Assembly: GCF_001194135.2 (NCBI RefSeq)
Contig: NC_068984.1
Coordinates: 35,726,272 to 35,780,870 of the forward strand
Length of the DNA stretch: 54,599 bases
DNA from: Octopus bimaculoides
Lineage: Eukaryota
Direction of reading: 5' to 3'
Position numbers and translations under genes: made by a program. Shown here in pieces: positions 50,246 to 54,599 of the stretch. A model generated the notes under the pieces. That model ran no database searches and was not told the DNA's origin. It saw nothing but the letters and a program-made list of their open reading frames with translations. The first letter of the stretch is position 1; each line of letters opens with the position of its first letter.

Positions 50246-50421
50246 CATAGGCGCAGGTGTAGATTGGATGTGTGGTTTGAAGCTTGCTTCCCCACCACAT
50301 CGTTGCTGGTGAAGTCCCCTTGCACTGCGTACCACCTTGAGCAAGTGTCTTCTACCATAGCATCGGGCCAACCAAAGTGGATTTAGTGGGCGGAAACTGG
50401 AAGAAGCTTGACCTATATAAG

Positions 50422-50472
<51 letters not shown>

Positions 50473-50730
50473 CTTTGTGTGTGTCTGTGTGGGTGGGGGG
50501 TGTATAATATATGTATGTGTATATGTCTGTGTTTGTCCCACTCCCTCGCAATCGTATGACAACCGATGCTGGTGTATTTATGTCCCCGTAACGGTTCGCA
50601 AAAAAGACCGATAGAATAAGTACTAGGCTTACAAAGCATAAGTCCAGAAGTCAATTTCTTCGACTAGAAAAACTCTTCAAGGAGGTGCTCCAGCATGGCT
50701 GCAGTTAAATGACAGAAACATCTAAAAGAA
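50246..50730 (+). mobile_element. Full-length tRNA-headed SINE (second family) with internal (TA)n(TG)n microsatellite
   Basis: Head ...ccaccttgagcaagtgtcttctaccatagc...ggaaactggaagaag; microsatellite 50423-50490; tail ...ggtgctccagcatggctgcagttaaatgacagaaac. Confidence 0.8.
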
Positions 50731-50994
50731 TTCATATATTATAGTGGCTTCTGACATTCGGGTCTGGCTGGGAATATGCTACTTTCAGTGAGTTTTTCCG
50801 TCCTACCTGTTTCTGGTCCTTTCACCAACCTTGTCTTGAACACTCCATCTAAATACTTATCAAACTACAAAAAATCGAGCACGCTCATATCTTTCCGGTG
50901 AACGTTGGCTTAAAAATTTCCCATAGTTTCATTAATGACATCAGTGGCTCAAAATGTTTCACTGCCTTAGTGTCATTTGTTATAATGCATTAAA

Positions 50995-51210
50995 AGGGGA
51001 TGAGCGAGTAGAACCGTTATCATGCCGGGCGAGATACCTAGTGCCATTTAGTGCGTCTTTACATTCACAGTTCAAATTCCACCGAGGGAAACTTTACCTT
51101 TCTACCCATCAGGATGGCTAAGATGTGTAGCAGTTGAGTATTGGTGTCCATACAACCGACTTACTCCTTATCATATTGCTGGTTTTGTGCTAAATTTTGA
51201 AGCCGATATG
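50995..51210 (+). mobile_element. Degraded CORE-type SINE
   Basis: cagttcaaattccaccgagg...gcagttgagtattggtgtc. Confidence 0.55.
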
Positions 51211-51469
51211 AAAATGTATGAAGAAGCAGACATTTGAATTTTGTTTTACTGATGAAATGTAATAATAAAGCGAAGCAAATTAACTGCTTACTATTGAAGA
51301 CCGAAATATTGTTCCCGCCATATTATTCTTATAAATTTCAAATTATTTCTTTTGCGCTTTCATAGTCACAAAACGATGCTTCTAAGGTTTAGTTTTCCTT
51401 CTTCAATTAAAATGCAATATCCAGTTTGTTTCAAATTATTTCACAGATTACTCAGAAGAGCAAATATAT

Positions 51470-51860
51470 AAACTTTATATGAAATTTGTAGTAGGATATA
51501 TGGTAAATTTTGACAGCTGCTCATTTTGCGCCATTAGTATATTTTGACAATCATTATTTTTTGTTAGAAGCGTGACACAGCTATTTCTTTATTCGAACTC
51601 ATTTTGCGCTTTATACAGTATTTATGGATCATATTTTGATAATTTTGTTTAGGGATGGATAAGTCGAAAATTCGTAAAGTTTTGAAATATGAGTTCTTTC
51701 TTTGAAATACAGCATCACAGACAACCCAGAATATTAACGGGATATTTCATTCCAATTTTATTGCACAGCAGACAGTATCAAATTGGTTTGCAAAATTTCA
51801 CAAACGAGCAACGCAGTCGACTAGAAACAAAGGTGGATAATGAGGAACTGAAAGCCACCT
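51470..51860 (+). mobile_element. Mariner 5' fragment (HTH region)
   Basis: MDKSKIRKVLKYEFFL*NTASQTTQNINGIF...QQTVSNWFAKF...KVDNEELKA. Confidence 0.75.
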
Positions 51861-52584
51861 AGACCATATGATGGAGAAACGTACAAAAAACAGCCTAGAT
51901 TTGTCAACAGATCCACTCCAATTTTATTGCAAGACAACACAAGACCACATATCGCTTCAAGACAAAATCTCTAGAGGCACGCAACACGTGGTAGGCAGAG
52001 CTTCCGTAGATATGCATAAAAAGGCATTAAAATTCAGCTCGCACGTAGAATGTCAAAAATTTATTGTATTTGTCGGGACATATTCAATAGCGTCTGCAGT
52101 ATGAATAACGAATAGAATGCACTGCCATGTTCATCGTGAAGATTGCATCATAGCTCCTCTGGGCAGGGTCTGTATTTATCTCCGGTAGTAATTGCAGGAA
52201 AGGTTGTGCGGTGGATGAGTGTAAGAATGTTGAGGAAAGAAGCTGTTATCGTCGGTCGATCTCACATCGAATTGCTTTAATATTTACCCAAGAAAACTAT
52301 TGAGTGCAAATGTAAGTGCGGCGAATTTGTGAAAAGGTCGTTGGCTTGTGAAAATGGATAGAACACTAGTATATGTTTCCTCTGATTTCTTCTACATTTT
52401 CCTGTTGATCCGATTTTGTAGTAAGCGCAATACAAATAGTGGCCTCACATTCTAGTGTCCATTTCATCCAAAGGCACTGTGAAAATGTGTTAGCATCATG
52501 CTTATGACAATGATTATTATCAATATCATCCTAAACACTACATTTCCGCTACCACCACCATCACACCATTATCAATATCGTCTT

Positions 52585-52607
52585 CCTCGACGTCGTCGTC
52601 GTCGTTG

Positions 52608-52641
<34 letters not shown>

Positions 52642-52682
52642 AGTCATCATCATCGACATCATCATCATAATCTTCATCATAA
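52585..52682. repeat. (CGT)n/(CAT)n trinucleotide tract
   Basis: Direct reading. Confidence 0.9.
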
Positions 52683-53102
52683 TTTGACGTTTACAATTTG
52701 TGGAAACGCGTTAAACTGCGAATAAGGGCTATTAAACAAATTCTATCAGCGACTACCTGCATGTCATGCGATAAATCGTACAACGGGCTGACATCAGAAT
52801 CATTTCCATGATGTTCTGTTCAATTTAGATTTCTCTAGATCATCGGTTAATATGGTGTGCAAGAACGGTGCAAAGTGGTGTTCATATGATAGTACGGTTC
52901 CCTACAATTTCACAGGGTACATTAAAAATTGATAGCAACATATTTTCAGTCACCTATCCGTGATAATACGCATCCTTTACAATGACAACCATGATCATCT
53001 TAAAAGCCGTTAATGGTTAGAAAATTTGTTTCAATTTTTGGAGAAATTTATGAGTGCCGCACCCGAATTTGGACACAGAAAATCGAGATTTTATATATAG
53101 AC

Positions 53103-53270
53103 GCAGGAGTAGTTGTGTGGTAAGTAACTTGCTTAACAACCACATGGTTCTGGGTTCATTCCCACTGCGTGGCACCTTGGGCAAGTGTCTTGTACTATAG
53201 CCTCGGGCCAACTAAAGCCTTTTGAGTGGATTTAGTAGACGGAAACTGAAACAAGCCCGTCGTATATGTG
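53103..53270 (+). mobile_element. tRNA-headed SINE 5' half (second family)
   Basis: ctgggttcattcccactgcgtggcaccttgggcaagtgtctt...ggaaactgaaacaagcccgtcgtatat. Confidence 0.85.
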
Positions 53271-53474
53271 TATATATACATATATATACCATGTGTCAAT
53301 GGTTCCATCGTTCTGAAGCATCGGTTAAGCACTAAACACGAAGAGAGAATTAAAGCAGACCATGGAAAATCACTAAATAATATCATTAAAAAAATATTCC
53401 TATAGCACCAAGGAAAGCGTACATTAAGTATGTTATCGGAAAAACAGAATCCTTAATACACAAATAAATTATGC

Positions 53475-53540
53475 ACGTACGTACGTACGTATGTATGTAT
53501 GTATGTATGTATGTATGTATGTATGTATGTATGTATGTAT
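53475..53540. repeat. (TACG)n/(TATG)n microsatellite
   Basis: Direct reading. Confidence 0.9.
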
Positions 53541-54549
53541 AAGATTGAGTGTGTGTGTAAACACTTAGACACAAACTCATATATATATCTTTTGAGAGTA
53601 TTATTCATTGTGAGCATCTAAACATGTTTTTAAAGAGCGACATAAATATATTGCTACTGATATTAAGAAGCGCTATTCCGCTAGTGTCCCGAAAATCTGG
53701 TCTTTGCTATCGTTGGTCATCCTTGTTGAATAATTACTTACATAGTATAGCTAGGACGGCGTGCCAAAGCAAATTTCACGCTATTCTTGTAGCATTTATT
53801 TCAGTTCACATACGTTATTAAAACGGCACAAGACGCAAATGTAACGAGCTACAAAATCGATAACTTATACTCCTTAATTCGAGAAGCCATTCTCCCATGC
53901 ACACCACCATATATCATCGATTCCTGAATTTCCCTTTTGCTGCATTCTGCTTTCCTGTAAATGTTCATGCACCATAATTGAAACAGAAAATTATTGTCAA
54001 CCACCCTCACAATTTGGATGGGTTGTAAAGATGTGTCCCTTTCTTCGGACTCAACAAATAATTTCTGCATATATTTCTATACAAGCTTATGCACTTATGC
54101 TTACATGCCTGTACACGTATGTGGATGTTAGGCTGTGTGTCTGTGCGTGTGCGTGCGTTTGTGTGTCTGTGTATATCTGTTGCGTGCATGTATGTAAATT
54201 ATTCCTTTACAAAAATAAGTACTGTATGACAATTTATGTCACTGCCAAAGTGCTATCTCTAAAGTAGCTATGATTGAGTTTCTCCTTCATTTCCCAAGAG
54301 GAATATACCGCAAGGGGAAAAAATCGTTGAACCAATATTTTTTAGGATTTTTTCACAACCAACATCTTTTCATTAGTCTAAAATATAGTAATTAGTTTCT
54401 TTTAATGGAGCACAATGTTTTGGTAGTTTTTGTTTGTTTGCAAACCAGTTTGTATTTCTCTTGGTAATTGTCGCCTTGCTAGAAGTGGTAATGTACAAAA
54501 ACAATTCGAATAAAGCTAGTGGATTTCTGTTAACATTTTACTGTTTCAG

Positions 54550-54599
54550 CAGGAGACTATCTTACCAATCTCTATACAGCCATTGAAGCCAAGATGAAA
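54550..54599 (+). CDS. Candidate exon running off the window end (GDYLTNLYTAIEAKMK...)
   Basis: Strong polypyrimidine acceptor ttttactgtttcag with NAGNAG (cag/cag); only one of three frames is open to the window edge. Confidence 0.35.

Noticed and set aside
52498-52725. Poly-His / antisense poly-Asp ORF
   Set aside because: Low-complexity (CAT)n/(CGT)n tract without splice or start support.
1074-53580. ORFs made of poly-CV, HT, YI, LS, N, I, S, V or H runs
   Set aside because: Translations of di-, tri- and tetranucleotide microsatellites, with no other coding evidence.

Overview
AT-rich, microsatellite- and transposon-dense animal genomic DNA with ten N-gaps (about 3.9 kb in total). The repeat families (tRNA-headed/CORE-type SINEs, R4/Dong-like and RTE LINEs, Penelope-like elements, mariner/DD37D transposons, Helitron remnants) resemble an Octopus/cephalopod draft assembly; this is inferred from repeat style only. 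There are no prokaryotic-type genes, CRISPR arrays or intact RNA genes, and most long ORFs in the track are N-gap or microsatellite artefacts. Host-gene signal is limited to hand-built splice models. The best is a phase-consistent chain of short minus-strand exons (13070 down to a stop at 5982) whose C-terminus loosely resembles a CARD/death fold. Weaker candidates lie on both strands, including a possible 6-nt microexon at 1039-1044. Other notable items: a tRNA-head/(AAT)n/minimal hammerhead-ribozyme composite element (12126-12420), a perfect 34-bp hairpin (3507-3580), a ~500-bp foldback (38485-38986), a Helitron 23-aa STPR-like repeat whose antisense frame stays open, and repeated nesting of R4/Dong-like LINEs into (AAT)n tracts. 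All protein-family calls are by recognition, not database search.
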